From Lama glama (lineage: Eukaryota), in contig CM052816.1 in the NCBI GenBank assembly GCA_028534125.1, positions 74,774,001 through 74,838,000 of the forward strand: a stretch of DNA of 64,000 nt, given 5' to 3'. The notes under the pieces were generated by a model. It was not told the DNA's origin, ran no database searches, and saw only the letters and a list, made by a program, of their open reading frames with translations. A program made the position numbers and the translations under genes. Positions 24,843 through 38,858 of the stretch are shown one piece after another (the first letter of the stretch is position 1; each line of letters begins with the position of its first letter).

Positions 24843-25382
24843 AAGGACATGACAGAAGACTGGAGTAGCTGGAGTGAGAGAGTGAAAAGAAGGGCAGTAG
24901 GAGATACGGCTGAGATGGTAGGACAAGGCCAGATGGGGAGGGCTCCCTCTCACCCTCTCTGATTTCCCCCTTACCCAATTCTCTCAACTGAAAGACTTCA
25001 TTTCCAGAATACCTCCAATACTTTCCCTATATCCATTACTTTCACCTAAGATTTCCTCCCCAAATTTCATTTTTTCCATGAATCTTTCAGTGATGCCTCA
25101 AACAGAATTGATCTTATACTTCCTGTTTTAATGAACCTTGCATTTTTAATATAAGTTATCGTATTCCAAGTTACCTCATCCTTTTCTTTTTATATATATA
25201 TATATCTCTCCAGATGTTATGACCTAGATGGCAGGAGTCATATCTTTTTCATTTCCTATTGGGCCTAGCAAAGTATCTTCTGTCTAGTAGAAGTCTAATT
25301 AATTCTTATTGAACTGTATTCTCATCAGACTTCTGTAGGAAATAAAAAGGCAAATACATTTCTTTGTTTTCTTCCTTTTTAG

Positions 25383-26242
25383 GATTTTTTTGTCCCCTTT
25401 CCATAAAGAAAAAAAAAAGGCAAAAGAGAACAGCAAACGGTATTATTGGAATACAAGATCCAAATAGCCTTCTAATATTTGTAAAGATTAACTTTATTTT
25501 AAGGAAGAAATATGTCAGATGAAGTCCAGACAAACTGCATTCTGTTGATTTTTATTTTGTAGTTGGCTTTATTCCTTTGATAACTACGTAAGTTTAAAAA
25601 GCTAAAGATCTAATCTGTTCTTAGAAACAATAATTAGTACATATATGTAAACTAAAAAAATGTGCAGTATAACGTATATACGTATTTACATGCAATATAA
25701 TGTGTATGTGCAGTTGAACTGTACTAATTCTACCTAATAAAACTGAAAAAGGAGAAAAAAAGAAAAGAATCTCTTGCTATTTTCGGGGGGGGCAAATTAT
25801 TATATTATTTTGAAAAATTCTAAGTAGTGTGAATGAAGATTTCAATCTTTCATCAAAAAAGATAACTTATAATTAAAGCAATTATTCTGTAAAAATTGTG
25901 CTGTTTTATCCTGAAGTTATCATGAAGTACTGAGTTTCCTTCATATGCATGTAAAGCTCTCTGGTCTAATTTTTCTCTAGTACTTCTGAGAACCTTGTAT
26001 AAGCTTTAGACTCTGCAATATGTCCTCTTAATTGAAAAGGATTGGCAGAATGCATAGCCATTAACTTTTATATATGTACTTTCTGTAATCTTTTCTAATG
26101 CACATGCTTATGCTTTACTGTGCATTACTGACTTCTCTTAGAAAATGTTATTTCTTAATTTACAGTTGTGCCTTAGGCTGAACATAGAGTTACTGTCTGT
26201 CAGTTTTAACTCTGATGGAGTGGATTTGGTAGAGGAAAAATG
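25383..26242 (+). other. Candidate exons 25383-25439, 25563-25587, 26166-26242 (unidentified)
   Basis: Pyrimidine-rich AG acceptors and GT donors; the spliced frame is open (IFLSPFHKEKKKAKENSKRWLYSFDNYLCLRLNIELLSVSFNSDGVDLVEEK); no homologue recognised. Confidence 0.25.
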
Positions 26243-26799
26243 GTAGGCGATTGAGAGAAATGAAATTTAGAGATCAGTGTAAAATGTTGATGACAAGCAT
26301 TGTAATGATTTGTAGTAATGAGAAATTACTCTTTTCATTGATTATGACAGTAAAGAAAGGCACAGCAGCATCATTGCTAAGTAAGGAGGACTGGAGAAAA
26401 GTTGGGAGCACACAAAAGAAGCTTACATCTCCCTGCTTGAAGTTAATTCAACAAACAGAAATTGTAAAGGTTGAGTACATTTTAACAGCCTTTATGAAAC
26501 ACTGGGATTTTAACTTTTAGACAGAGGCAGGGTGGTATAAACTGAAATGAAATTGAGAAAGACCATAAAAATTATAAAGAGTAATGCCCAGTTTTTAACT
26601 TGGGATCCGCGGATCATTTCAAGGAATCTGTACACAAATTTTGCATCTGTGTGTACCTTCAGTGGTTCACTAAAGTTAGGAAGCTTTTTGTATAGTATAA
26701 TTTTCTACCCATTTAATCAAATATATAATCTATGATTTATTTTTGGATATTTCCATTTAAACTGTGTGATATAATAGTGTCTGTTCCCTAGTTTTAGTT

Positions 26800-29135
26800 G
26801 ATATTCTGATGTAGCACTATACAGAATATGTTCCCATATACCTCTGGGTTCTCTAGCCAAGGCTTATTTAGATCAAACCCATTTTCATGATAACACTAAA
26901 ATGTTATTTACCTTTCTAACTGTGTTTACTCTTGCCCTGACAGTGCAAAAACTGCTGGCACATCTCAGCATGAATTGAGGCAGAAGTACGTAAAGCAACA
27001 AATACATTCTTCGTTGCCATGCACTTGCAGAAGGAAAAAGCAAAATAGTTTTATTTAAGAATGTTCTTGACAAAGGCTTGATCTCCAGAATAGATAAACA
27101 GCTCACACAACTTGATGAGAAAAAAAAAAACAACCCAATTCAAAAATGGGCAGAAGACCTAAACAAGCAATTCTCCAATGAAGACATACAGATGACCAAT
27201 AGGCACATGAAAAATGCTCAATATCACCAATTACCAGAGAAATGCAAATCAAAACTACAATGAGGTAACACCTCACACCAGTCAGAATGGCCATCATTCA
27301 AAAATCCACAAATGATAAATGCTAGAGAGGCTGTGGAGAAAAGGGAATCCTCCTACATTGTTGGTGGGAATGCAGTTTGGTGCAGCCACTGTGGAAAACA
27401 GTGTGGAGATTCCTCAAAAGACTAAAAATAGACTTACCATATGACCCAGTAACCCCACTTCTGGGCATATAATCCAGAAGGAACTCTAATTCAAAAAGAC
27501 ACCAGCACCCCATTGTTCATAGCAGCACTATTTATAATAGCCAAGACATGGAATCAACCTAAATGTCCATAGACAGATGACTGGATAAAGAAGAGGTGGT
27601 ATATTTATACAATGAAATACTATTCAGCCATAAAAAATGACAACATAATACCATTTGCTACGACATGGATGTCCCTGGAGAATGCCATTCTAAGTGAAGT
27701 AGGTCAGAAAGAGAAAGGAAAATACCATGTCATTCATATGTGGAATCTAAAAAAAAAGAAGAAGATAAATGAACTTAAATATAAAACAGAAACAGACTCA
27801 CAGACAGAATACAAACTTGTGGTTGCCAGAGGGAGGTGGGTGGGAAGGGACAGTTTGGGAGTTCGAGGTTTGTAGATACTGACAGGTATATATATAGAAT
27901 AGATAAACAAGTTTATACTGTGTAGCACTAGGAAATATATACAAGATCTTGTAGTAGCTCATGATAAAAAGAATATGAAAATGAATATATGTATATTCAT
28001 GTATGACTGAAAAATTGTGCTGTACACTGGAAATTGACACAACATTGTAAACTGACTATAACTCAATAAAACTAAAAAAAAGAAAAAGACCAGAAATATC
28101 AACACTAAAAAAAATTAAGAATGTTCTTGATGAAGTAGTAAAAAACAAAAACCAAATTAATGTATTAAATTTTGACACATGAGCATGTAAATTTTTAATT
28201 TTCTGTGGGAAAAACATAGGGCAGTACACGTAAAGCACTTCTGCTATATACCAAAACAGATAACTGCTCAAGGAAAGTGCAATTTTTAAATTTTGAGATA
28301 AACAAGCCCCTTTTTTTCAAGTAATATTTTTGCTTGAAAAATAGACTAAAACAAATTATTGTAATTCATATGGTCACTTCACAGATAACAACTGACTATA
28401 TTTATTGCCAGTGATAAAACTCAAGGTTACAAGTAAAAATTAGAATTTTGGAAAATACGCATCTGCCACTATCAGCATGACAGCTTCCCAATGTTTAAAG
28501 AATTTCTGATGAGATCGGTGTTGATGTTAATGAATATAGAAATTTTTGTATTGTATAAAACATGCCAACAATTGAAAGATCTGTGTAACACAGTGAATAT
28601 TTTCCAAATGACCAATGCTTGATTATGACAGAATAGTGCATGGATAGAATATATACTCAAAGTGAGAAACAGACTGGTAGATTTTAATGTAACATATAGG
28701 ATAAATTTGTCAAGTTTTAGAATGACATCAAAGAAGAATACCATAATTATCTGAAATAGTTATTAAAATATTCTTCCCTTTTTCTAGCTACACATCTCTA
28801 CAGGACCAAGTTTTCTTCTAATATTTCAAAAACAATGTTATGTTGCAACAAATTTAATGCAAAAGCAGATATATGAATCCACTTGTCTTCTTAAGACAGA
28901 TATTAACAAAATTTACAAGAATGTAAAATAATAACACTTCTCACTAATTTATTTTTTCTCTGGAAAAATAATTATTTTTCATAAAATATGTATGTAAACA
29001 TGTATTGGGTTTAATATTGTCATTTTAAATGAAATAATAAATATTTTTATAATTTTCAATTAAATTTTTAATGGTAAGTATTAATAATGTATAATGCACA
29101 AAAATGAGAACACTGTAAGGGTTCTGGGACCAGTA
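26800..29135 (+). mobile_element. Charlie1-like hAT DNA transposon remnant split by an L1
   Basis: TGCCATGCACTTGCA...AAGAATGTTCTTGATGAAGTAGTAAAA...AAAGCACTTCTGCT follows the Charlie1 transposase region. Confidence 0.8.
27071..28114 (+). mobile_element. 5'-truncated young L1 (ORF2 C-terminus and 3' UTR)
   Basis: Collinear with 34837-35850; TSD AAGAATGTTCTTGA (27057-27070, 28117-28130) at a TTT/AAGA endonuclease-type site. Confidence 0.96.
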
Positions 29136-29437
29136 AAATGCTATAATGTATATGATTATTTGAAGCACCTAATTACTTACTAAAACTGAATCATAATATC
29201 CACATTTTTCTGCATTTGGCTTTATTACTTGATAACTTAGAGATTTTTCTATATCAGCACATACAGATTTACTTCATTCTTTTAAACACCTACATGATAT
29301 TCCACTACAAAGAGGGTACTGGGATTTATTACATTAGTCCCCAGCTGAGGGGCCTTTAGTTCATTTTACAATATTTTGCTTTATGAACATTGCTGCAGTG
29401 AATATCCTTGTACTTGATGTACTTTTGCAGTAATATC

Positions 29438-29948
29438 TGTCAATTACCTCCAGCGAAAGAAACACAGGTCAACAAATTGGGTCTATTACTCATGGCAGTG
29501 AGGGAGAAAGCACACCATCAGTGATTTTGGAGGTGGTCCAAGGAAGGGGATTAGCTCTAGATTGGGTGTTGTCAAAAAGCAGGAATAATTCTATGGCTGG
29601 GGATCTAACAAATCTTATCTATGGAAAGGGCTTAATAGAAGGAGGATAATAAATCTGTAGTTGGAAAAGAAGCAGCAGTCACTTATGTTATCTGGGAGAG
29701 GGGGATAGCTGGTATTTTGTGGGCTGCACAGTGATGGTTTTTGTCTAAACGTACACAAAATTATAAAGGAGCTTTGTTTTGCCTCATTTTATCAAGGTCT
29801 CAGAATGACCTTGTCCAAGTTTGGTATTTTGTGAGAATGTGTGTGTCCAACAGGAGAACACGATCCAGCTGTGAGCCAGCTCCTAACAACCCTGAGTTCT
29901 AGCTGTAGATGTCAGCTGGGATATCAGGAGCTGCTTTTCTCTTTCTCA
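29438..29948 (-). mobile_element. Solo LTR (MER77/MER21-group-like; tentative)
   Basis: Reverse strand starts TGAGAAAGAGAAAAGCAGCTCCTGA; interrupts an old L1 remnant. Confidence 0.6.
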
Positions 29949-30066
29949 TATTTAGAGGGCACATTGCCAGTATTGAAAATCCAAAGTCAAAGAAGATGTT
30001 GAGGCAGCCAGAGAAAACTGGAGAAATACAAACTTAATCAGGTTACTCGCCTGATTGAAACCTACT

Positions 30067-30260
30067 GTATAATTTTGCTAGGGCTGCCATAAGAAAAAAA
30101 AATGTATATATATACTAGGTGTCTTAAACCACAGACATTTATTTTCTCACAGTTCTAGAAGCTAGAAGTCCAAGATCAAGGTGTCAGTAGGTTTGATCTC
30201 TTCTGAGGCCTCTCTCCTTGGCTTGCCGATGGCCCCCTTTTTGCTGTGTCTTCTCATGGT
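30067..30260 (-). mobile_element. MLT1A/B-like LTR fragment
   Basis: GCTAGGGCTGCCATAA...CTCACAGTTCTAGAAGCTAGAAGTCCAAGATCAAGGTG. Confidence 0.85.
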
Positions 30261-31675
30261 GGTGGCAGTGTCACTTTCTCTGGGCAGCAGCCCCATCCCT
30301 GTGGCCCAGGGCAGCAGTTCTGTCCTGTGGAACCAAGGAGGAGACAATCCCTTTCCCTTGGCCTATGCTGTCAGAGTTGTGATGGCAATGGCAGCCCGCC
30401 AACTTCTGAGCCAACTTCAGGGTCATTCTTTCTTTTCTTGAAGGCTAAAGTATGTTTGAAGCTAAATAGCTCTATTGGTCTGTCCTGTAGAATTTCAGAA
30501 GTCTGACAGCCTTTCCTCCATTTTGTCCTGTCTCTTTCTGCTTCAGTCCAAGTTAGCAGCTTTTCTGCTGAGAATGTTGATTGGTTTCATAAATCACAAC
30601 CACAATCTCTTTAGAACAAATGATTGTCCAGTCGTACCATTGACTTTCCCTCTAGTACCTGTTTCTCATTTTTTTTTTTGCAATATGGAAACAGACTCTT
30701 GTCTTCCTGTGCCACATCAAATCACATTTTGGCTCTTGTAATGTATCTTTAATTATAAAAAATCTTTACCAATTTATTATTATTTTCTGCCAACTGAGCT
30801 GAAGGAAAAGGTAAATCCCACTTGGTGACCTGAGATGCCTCATTTTATCAGACATCAAGGCCAAAAATTCCCTCATGTTCCCTTTCATGACTTAATTGTT
30901 GAATGGCATAAAGCTAAATTTAGTTTCAAGAATGGGAACAATTTTATTCCTAGACTCTGATCAAATATTGTATCTGTATAAGGATTGCACATGGCACTTC
31001 ATTTTTAATCTTTAATTGTTCTGCTTTAATAGACATTTGATATACTAAACTTCCTCTTTGAAAGCAGACCCAGTATAAATTTCAAATAGCAATGTGAGAG
31101 AGGTGGAAATAATATGATTGCCTATCATGTTGTGGTGCAGGAATATATGACAAAATAAGTCAACCAACATAAAATAAAACATCATATGAAGAATTTCTCA
31201 AACAAGCAAAAACTAAAAGAATACAGCAATATTAAACCTATCGTAAAAGAAATATTGAAAGTTCTTTTCTAAGTAGAAAAGAAGCAGAAAGATATAGAAA
31301 AGAGAAAACCATAACTGGAAATGCGATAACTACAGTGAATTGCAAGAGAATAAGCATTAAGATATAAAAGAGGAAATAAAATTCATAAAATGTGGGAGAG
31401 GGGAGCAAGAAAATGTAGATTTTCTTTTCATTCTTCTTAGGATGTGTTTGAGCCTATATGATTACCAGTCTAAAGTAAATAGATAAAGTAATGGGTTAGC
31501 ATACTTGAAGAACAAGGTAACCAAAAATCAGAAGCATATAATAGAATCACAGAAACCAAGAAGAAAAGAAACTAAGCTAATACAAAAGAAAATATCAAAT
31601 CACAAAAGGAAAAACAAAAAGAAAAAGAAAAAAGTAAAGAATAAATATAAAATCAACTGGAAAACAAAGTTTAAA

Positions 31676-32031
31676 ACAGCAAAAAACACACATCTATCAA
31701 TAATTACCATAAATGTCAATGGACTTAATGCTCCAATCAAGACATAGAGTGGCAGATTGGATAATAAAACAAGAGCCTACAATATGCTGCCTACACAAGA
31801 CCCACTTTAAGGTAAAGGACACACATAGATTGAAAGTGAGAGGATAGAAAAAATTATTTCATGCGAATGGAAATAACAAGAAAGCAGAGGTAGCAATACT
31901 CATATTAGACAAAATAGACTTTAAAACAAAGGCCATAAAGAAAGATAAAGAAGGACACTATATATTGATCAAAGGAGCAATATAAGAGGAGGATATTACA
32001 CTCATTAAAATATATGCACCCAATATAGGAG

Positions 32032-32093
<62 letters not shown>

Positions 32094-35000
32094 CTAACAG
32101 ACATAAAGGGAGAAACTGATGGGAATACAGTAATAGTAGGACACTTTAACATCCCACTAACATCATTGGACAAATATTCCAGAAAGAAAATCAATAAGAC
32201 AATGGAGATACTAAATGACACAATAGAACAATTAGATTTCGTTGATATTTTTAGGACATTACATCTCCATAAAACAGAATATACATTCGTTACAAGTGCA
32301 CTGGAACATTCTCTATGATAGACGACATACTTAGACACAAAAGACGTCTCAACAAATTTAAGAGGATAGGAATTATTTCAAGTATCTTTTCTGGCCACAA
32401 TGGCATGAAACTAGAAATCAACCACAGGAAAAAAAAAAAGAGAGAAAAAATGAATGATGGAGAGTAAACAACATGCTACTAAAAAAACAATGGGTCAACA
32501 ATGAAATCAAAGGGGAAATTAAAAAACAGTTTGAGACAAATGACAATGAAAACACAATCAGACAAAAATCTGTGGGATGCAACAATGACAGTCCTAAGAG
32601 GCAAGTTCACAGTGATACAGGTATTTCTCCAAAAATAAGAACAATCTCAAATAAACAACCTAACCTACTACCTAAAAGAATTAGCAAAAGAAGAACAAAC
32701 AAAACCTAAAGTCAGCAGATGGAAATAAATAATAAAGATTAGGAGGAAATAAAATAGAGATTAAAAAAAAATAACAATCAAACCAAGAGCTGGTTTTTTT
32801 TGAAAGAGTAAAAAAAAAAAAAAATCAACAAACCTCTGGCCAGGCTCACCAAAAAGGAAAGAGAGAGGATGCAAACAAAACAAGAAATGAAAATAGAAAA
32901 ATTACAACCAACAGCACAGAAATACAAAAAACATAAGACAATATTATGAACAATTATATGGCCACAAATTGGACAACCTACAAGAAATGGACAAGTTTCT
33001 AGAAACATACAGTCCACCAAAACTGAATCAAGAAGATATAGATCATTTGAAAAGACTGATCACTAGAAGTGAAATAGAATCAGCAATAAAAAAAACCTCC
33101 CTGCAAACAAAAGTCCAGGACCAGATGGCTTCACTGGGGAATTCTATCAAACATATGAAGAAGAGCTCATATCGATTCTTCTCAAAATCTTCCAAAAGAC
33201 TGAAGAGGAGAGAATACCTCCAAACTCATTCCATGAAGCCACCATCACCCTGATACCAAAACCAGACAAAGACATTACCAAAAAAGAAAATTATGGGCTA
33301 ATATTATTGATGAACATGGATGCAAAAATTCTCACCAAATATTAGCAAATAGAATCCAACAACACATAAAAAGATCATACACTATGATCAAGTTGGATTC
33401 ATCCCAGGGACACAAGGATGGTTTGGTGTACACAAATCAATCAATGTGATACATCACATCAACAAAAAAAAGGACAAAATCACATGAGTATCTGAATAAA
33501 TGCAAGAAAAGCATTTGATAAAATTCAACACCCATTTATGATCAAAATTTAACCAAAGTGAGTATAGAGGGAACATATCGAACATAATAAAATCTATTTA
33601 TGACAAACCCACAGCCAACATAAAACTCAATGGTGAAAAGTTGAAAGCCTTCCTGCTAAAATCTGGAACAAGACAAGGATGCCCACTCTCACCACTTCTA
33701 TTCAAAATACTATTGGAAGTCCTAGGCCATAGCAATCAGACAAGAAAAAGAAATAAAAGGGATTAAAACTGGAAGAGAAGAAGTAAAATTGTCACTATAT
33801 GTGGATGACATGATACTATATATAGAAGACTCTAAAGGCTCCACACAAAAACTTCTAGAGTTGATAAGAGAATTTGGCAAGGTAGCAGGCTACAAGATTA
33901 GCATAGAGAAGTCAGTCGCATTTCTTTTCACTAACAATGGAATATCAGAAAAAGAAAGTAAAGAAACAGTCTCTTTTAAAATTGCTTCCAAAAATTAAAA
34001 TATTTAGGAATAAACCTGACCAAGGAGGTAAAGACTTATACATGAAGAACTACAAAATATTGATTAAATAAATTAAAGATGATTTAAAGAAATGGAAAGA
34101 TATCCCGTGCTCTTGGATTGGAAGAGTTAATAATGTTAATATAACCATACTACCCAAAGCAATCTGCAGATTTAATGTGATCTCTATCAAATTACTTAGA
34201 ATATCTTTCACAGAACTAGAACAAATAATCCTAAAATTTATATGGAATCACAAAAGACCCAGAATTGCCAAAGCAATACTGAAGAAAAAGAATGAAGCTG
34301 GAGGAGTAACTCTCCGAGATTTCAGACAATACTACAGAGCTACAGTAATCAAAACAGTGTGGTATTGGTATTAAAAACAGACATATAGATCAATGGAAAA
34401 GAATAGAGAGCCCAGAAATAAACCCACCAATTTCTGGTCAATTAATCTTCCACAAAGGAGGCAAGAATACACAATGGAGAAAAAACAGTCTCTTCAGCAA
34501 GTGGTGTTGGGAAAATTGGACAGCCGCGTGTAAAACAATGAAGTTAGAACATTCCTTCCCACCATGCACAAAAATAAATTCAAAATGGCTTAAAGACTTA
34601 AATATAAGACAAGACACTATAAACCTCCTAGGAGAAAACATAGGCAAAATATTTTCTGACATAAATGTCAGCAATGTTCACCTAGAGAAGTCTACCCTGG
34701 CAGTAGAAATAAGAGTAAAAATAAACAAATGAGACCTAATTAAACTTATAAGTTTTTGTACAGCAAAGGAAACCATAAGCAAAACAAAACAACAACCTAT
34801 GGAATGGGAGGAAATATTTGCAAATGATGTGACTGAAAAAGGCTTAATTTCAAAGAATCTACAAACAGCTTATACAACTTAACAACAACAACAACAACAA
34901 CAACAAAACAACAATCCAATCCAAAAAAGGGCAGAAAACCTAAACAAGCAATTCTCCAGTGAAGACATACAAATGGCCAATAGGCACATGAAAAAATGTT

Positions 35001-35525
35001 CAGTATCACTAATTATCAGAGAAATGCAAATCAAAACTACAGTGAGGTATCATCTCACACCATCAGAATGGTCATCACTCAAAAGTCCACAAATAATAAA
35101 TGCTGGAGAGGGTATGAAGAAAGGGAACCTCCTACAGTTTTGTGGGAATGTAGTTTCATGCAGCCAAATGGAAAACAGTATGGAGAGTCCTCAAAAGACT
35201 AAAAATAGACTTAAAATATGATCCAGCAATCTCACTCCTGGGCATATATCCAGAGGGAATTCTAATTTGAAAGATTCATACACCTCAATGTTCATAGCAG
35301 CACTATATACAATAGCCAAGACATGGAAACAACCTAAATGTCCATTGACAGATGACCAGATACAGAAGTTGTGGTATATTTATATAGTTGAATACTATTC
35401 ATAAAATAGAATAAAATAATGCCATTTGCAGCAACTTAGATGGACCCGGAGATCATCATTCTAAGTGAAGTAAGCCAGAAAGAGAGAAAAATACCATATT
35501 ATATCACTCATAGGTGGAATCTTAA
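31676..35525 (+). pseudogene. L1 ORF2 endonuclease/reverse transcriptase, inactivated
   Basis: HLSIITINVNGLNAPIK and IYAPN (endonuclease); RQGCPLSP and YVDD at 33798-33809 (RT); [13 protein letters not shown]; expected start codon reads ACA; many stops and frameshifts. Confidence 0.97.
32035..32084. repeat. (AT)25 microsatellite inside the L1 endonuclease domain
   Basis: Directly visible. Confidence 0.97.
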
Positions 35526-37379
35526 AAAAAAAAAGACACAAATGAACTTATTTACAAAACAGAAACAGATACACAGACATAGAAAACAAACTTATGGTTC
35601 CTGGGGGGAAAGGAGTGGGAAGGGATAAATTGGGAGTTTGAGTTTTGCAGATACTAACTACTATATATAAAACACATAACATGCTTCTTCTACATTGCAC
35701 AGGGAAATATATTCAATATCTTGTAGTAACCTATAATGAAAAAGAATATGAAAAGGAATATATGTATGTATATGTATGACTGAAACATTATGCTGTACAC
35801 CAGAAATTAACACAACATTGTAACCTGACTATATTTCAGTTTAAAAAAGGAAAAAGAAATCATAGAGTAAGAGCATGTGATAAAAGACAGCAGATTGATT
35901 TATGCATTTAGAAAAGCACATAGGCCATTAAAAGGAGGCCAAGAGTGGTCAAGAATGCCAAGGAAATATTTCCTTACACAGCAAAAGCAAAACACTTGAT
36001 GTTGGGAAATAGGAAGGTGGAAGTTCATACTGGTTGTGACTATTCCTGTTTTTGTAATTTTTTGTAAAATAAGCTATTACAAAAAGTTCATAAAAATGTA
36101 AAAAGTAAAGCGTGAGAGTAAATGAAAAGTAACTGAAATAAATATATTAAATAGTACTTAAGTAGATCAGAATTTTGTCACTTAATGCAGAAATTATCAA
36201 CTCTAAAATTTTCTCCTTGGAAATCTGTGAAACACCAATAATACATAACCTCAGCCAAGAATATTTAATAGTCTGGAAATTTCCAGGTGACCTACATAGA
36301 CCAATGCAGAAATAAAATGAAATCTCAACTAATCCGAATTCTTCGAGAATTCCTTATATCCATTGCTGTCAATTTTTTTCTATTAACTAAGAGTTCACCA
36401 ATTAGTCCATTTTGCTTCAACTCTTTGCAGATAAATTATCAATAGTGAAACATGCTGGGCATCGATTTTCACTGTAGTACGAGGAGAATATTTGACAAAA
36501 CATAAGTATTATGACTATAAGTGCTTTAAAGAAAGACAATTACAGGCAGTTCTGTAAAACACTCAGCACAGTGCCTAGCCCATGGGAAAAACGCTCTTGC
36601 ATGTACAGTTAGTAGTAGTATGATATCATGAGTGGTCCACCCATCGTGAGGAGGAATGCAGAAAGACTGCAAAGTGATTGAAGATTTCCTTTATTTTCAA
36701 CCTAAGTTTATTCTTTCTGTTATAAAATTTTTCATATTTATTATATAAGTTTTAATAAAAAAGAAGGGAAAATAATATAAATAAATGAATAGCTGGGTAA
36801 CCTTTAGTTGTGTTTCAGGAAATTGAGGTTTTAAAATTTCTTCTTTCCTTTATAAAGTACAGAACATTTCCACATATTCATCTATCTGCACCACAGTTCT
36901 GTGTAATAAAGGACAGTTACTGTTCCCAGGGCATGGAAGGAAAAATATACAAAGGTTAAGTGACTTGCCTGCTTGGCAGGAACGGAATTAGAATTTCTGT
37001 CATTTAGCACTCGAATCTCCCACTATGTGGCTTAAGACCATTTTGCTACCAAACAATATTAATCACTAATCACTAAAACATTCATGAACATTCATCACCA
37101 CATGAATTGACTGAGGTCCTTAAAATGTGATGGGGAAGCATTTCTTAGTTTTTTCTCCTAACAACTAAAAGCCCTGGGTAGCTAAGATTGGCCTTAATAG
37201 TTTTAAACTTCAAAATTTTCACCTGTGACAGCTCTTGGAGATATCATCTAACTCTGAAACAGAAATGAGACTAAAATAAATAGATGGATACAGTCTTGCA
37301 AAGAAAATTAGAAAAATGTAACATTCTACAGTCAGCTAGCTCTAAGTATACTGTTTACAAATGAACACAAAGCTGACTC

Positions 37380-38850
37380 CACTAGTGGTAGTCATGGAGA
37401 TGGTGAGAGAGATTGGATTTAGGATATATGTTGGAAGTAGAGCTGGCTGGCTATGCTAATAAATTATGTAGGTGTGAGATAGAGAGGCTAAGTCCCAATT
37501 TTGGGGTCTGAACAGTAAATGTGGAGTCATTTCCTGAGATGAGGAAAATCGGAAGAACAGACTTGTGGGAATAAAATACAGAGAATTTGATTTTGCTAAT
37601 GTTAAGCCAAAGGTACCTAATATTCAATTAGGTGGAGATATTATATAAGCAGTTATATGTCTTAGAATAAGAACCATAAAAATGATCAGACCTAGAAATA
37701 GAAATGTGGGAATCAACTGGGCAGCAGGGAACTAACTGGGGTTACTAGAGAGTTCACACTGAGATTTTTGAGGACTAACAATTAGAAGCACTACTTTAAT
37801 AGGATCCCATAGAAAAAATGGTGTAGTCAGGGATATAGGAATAGAGTGTAGTGTCCCAGAAGCCAAGAGAAGAAAGCATTTCAAGACATGTTCCCAAAAT
37901 AATGAAAAAGTCTATCAACTGCCACTAAAAATTCAAATAAGATGACTGTGACTAGACCATCAGGTTTTGCAACATGATGTTTATTAATGACCCTGAAAAA
38001 TGAGATTTCTATTGGGAATAAAGTTCTAATTGAAATGAGTTGAGAAGAGATATGAAGTGAGAAACTGGAGAAAGAGGATAAACAATGAGTTCTAACACCT
38101 TTGTCAGAACTATGAAGCAGAGAAATAGAACAGTAGCTGGAAGGGCACAAGGGGTCAAGCTTTTGGGTTTTGTTTTGTTTTGTTTATTTGTTTAGATTGA
38201 CTTGGTTTGTTTGCTTTCTTAAACATGAAATATAGTACAGCAATGTCTGTATGCCGTTGAGAATAATATCATAGAGAGAGAAAACTGATAGTACAGAAGC
38301 AAGAAGGAATAACTCCAAGAGCAGAGTCCTTGAATAAAAGGATGGCATCAAGTGTACAAGTGATGTATTGGCCACAGTTGGGAGAACAGACAATTCATCC
38401 GTTGTAATAGGAGAGAAGTAGCAATGCACTGGCATAGATGCAGATAATTTTGTAAATTTTGGTGGTAAAAAGTTGAGGAAAGTCTATTTGGCTTATCCCT
38501 ATGTTATTAGTGAAATGAGAAGAAAAGGCATCAGAGTAATTTGATGGAAAGGGAAGCTGGAGATTGGAGAAGAGAAGGTGTGAAAAGTAGTCTTGAAGAG
38601 AGGGAGAATGAACTTACTAGGGGAAATTGTAGTAGTGCCATGTAGTGTTTGGGAACTGTAGCAGGGTTCTGGGTTTTCATCCAGCCATTTCCAACTTCAG
38701 CCAGAGGCAGAGAATGCAGACAGTTGGATTTAACCAAGATTGGAGTTTGCCTGTGAATATGATGACAGAAGAGAAAAGCAGCAGAATTAGGAGTGTATGA
38801 AGAGGAGTGATTACAGTAATCATTATGGGATCTAAACTGGATAAGAAGGG
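37380..38850 (-). mobile_element. Long L2 remnant
   Basis: GGATATATGTTGGAAGTAGAGCTG; GTGTAGTGTCCCAGAAGCCAAGAGAAGAAAG; TTTTGCAACATG. Confidence 0.75.
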
Positions 38851-38858
38851 AATTAAGT

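Larger units (their letters stand above)
23535..24940 (-). mobile_element. L2 split by a young L1 insertion
   Basis: TTATTCAACAAGTATTTATT...TATGTGCCAGGTACTGTGCT; L2 sequence resumes after 24857. Confidence 0.8.
31189..35858 (+). mobile_element. 5'-truncated 4.7 kb L1: ORF1 tail, ~400 bp spacer, disrupted ORF2, 3' UTR, A tail
   Basis: ORF1 end KNFSNKQKLKEYSNIKPIVKEILKVLF* (stop 31270-31272); ORF2 motifs as listed in the next feature. Confidence 0.98.
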
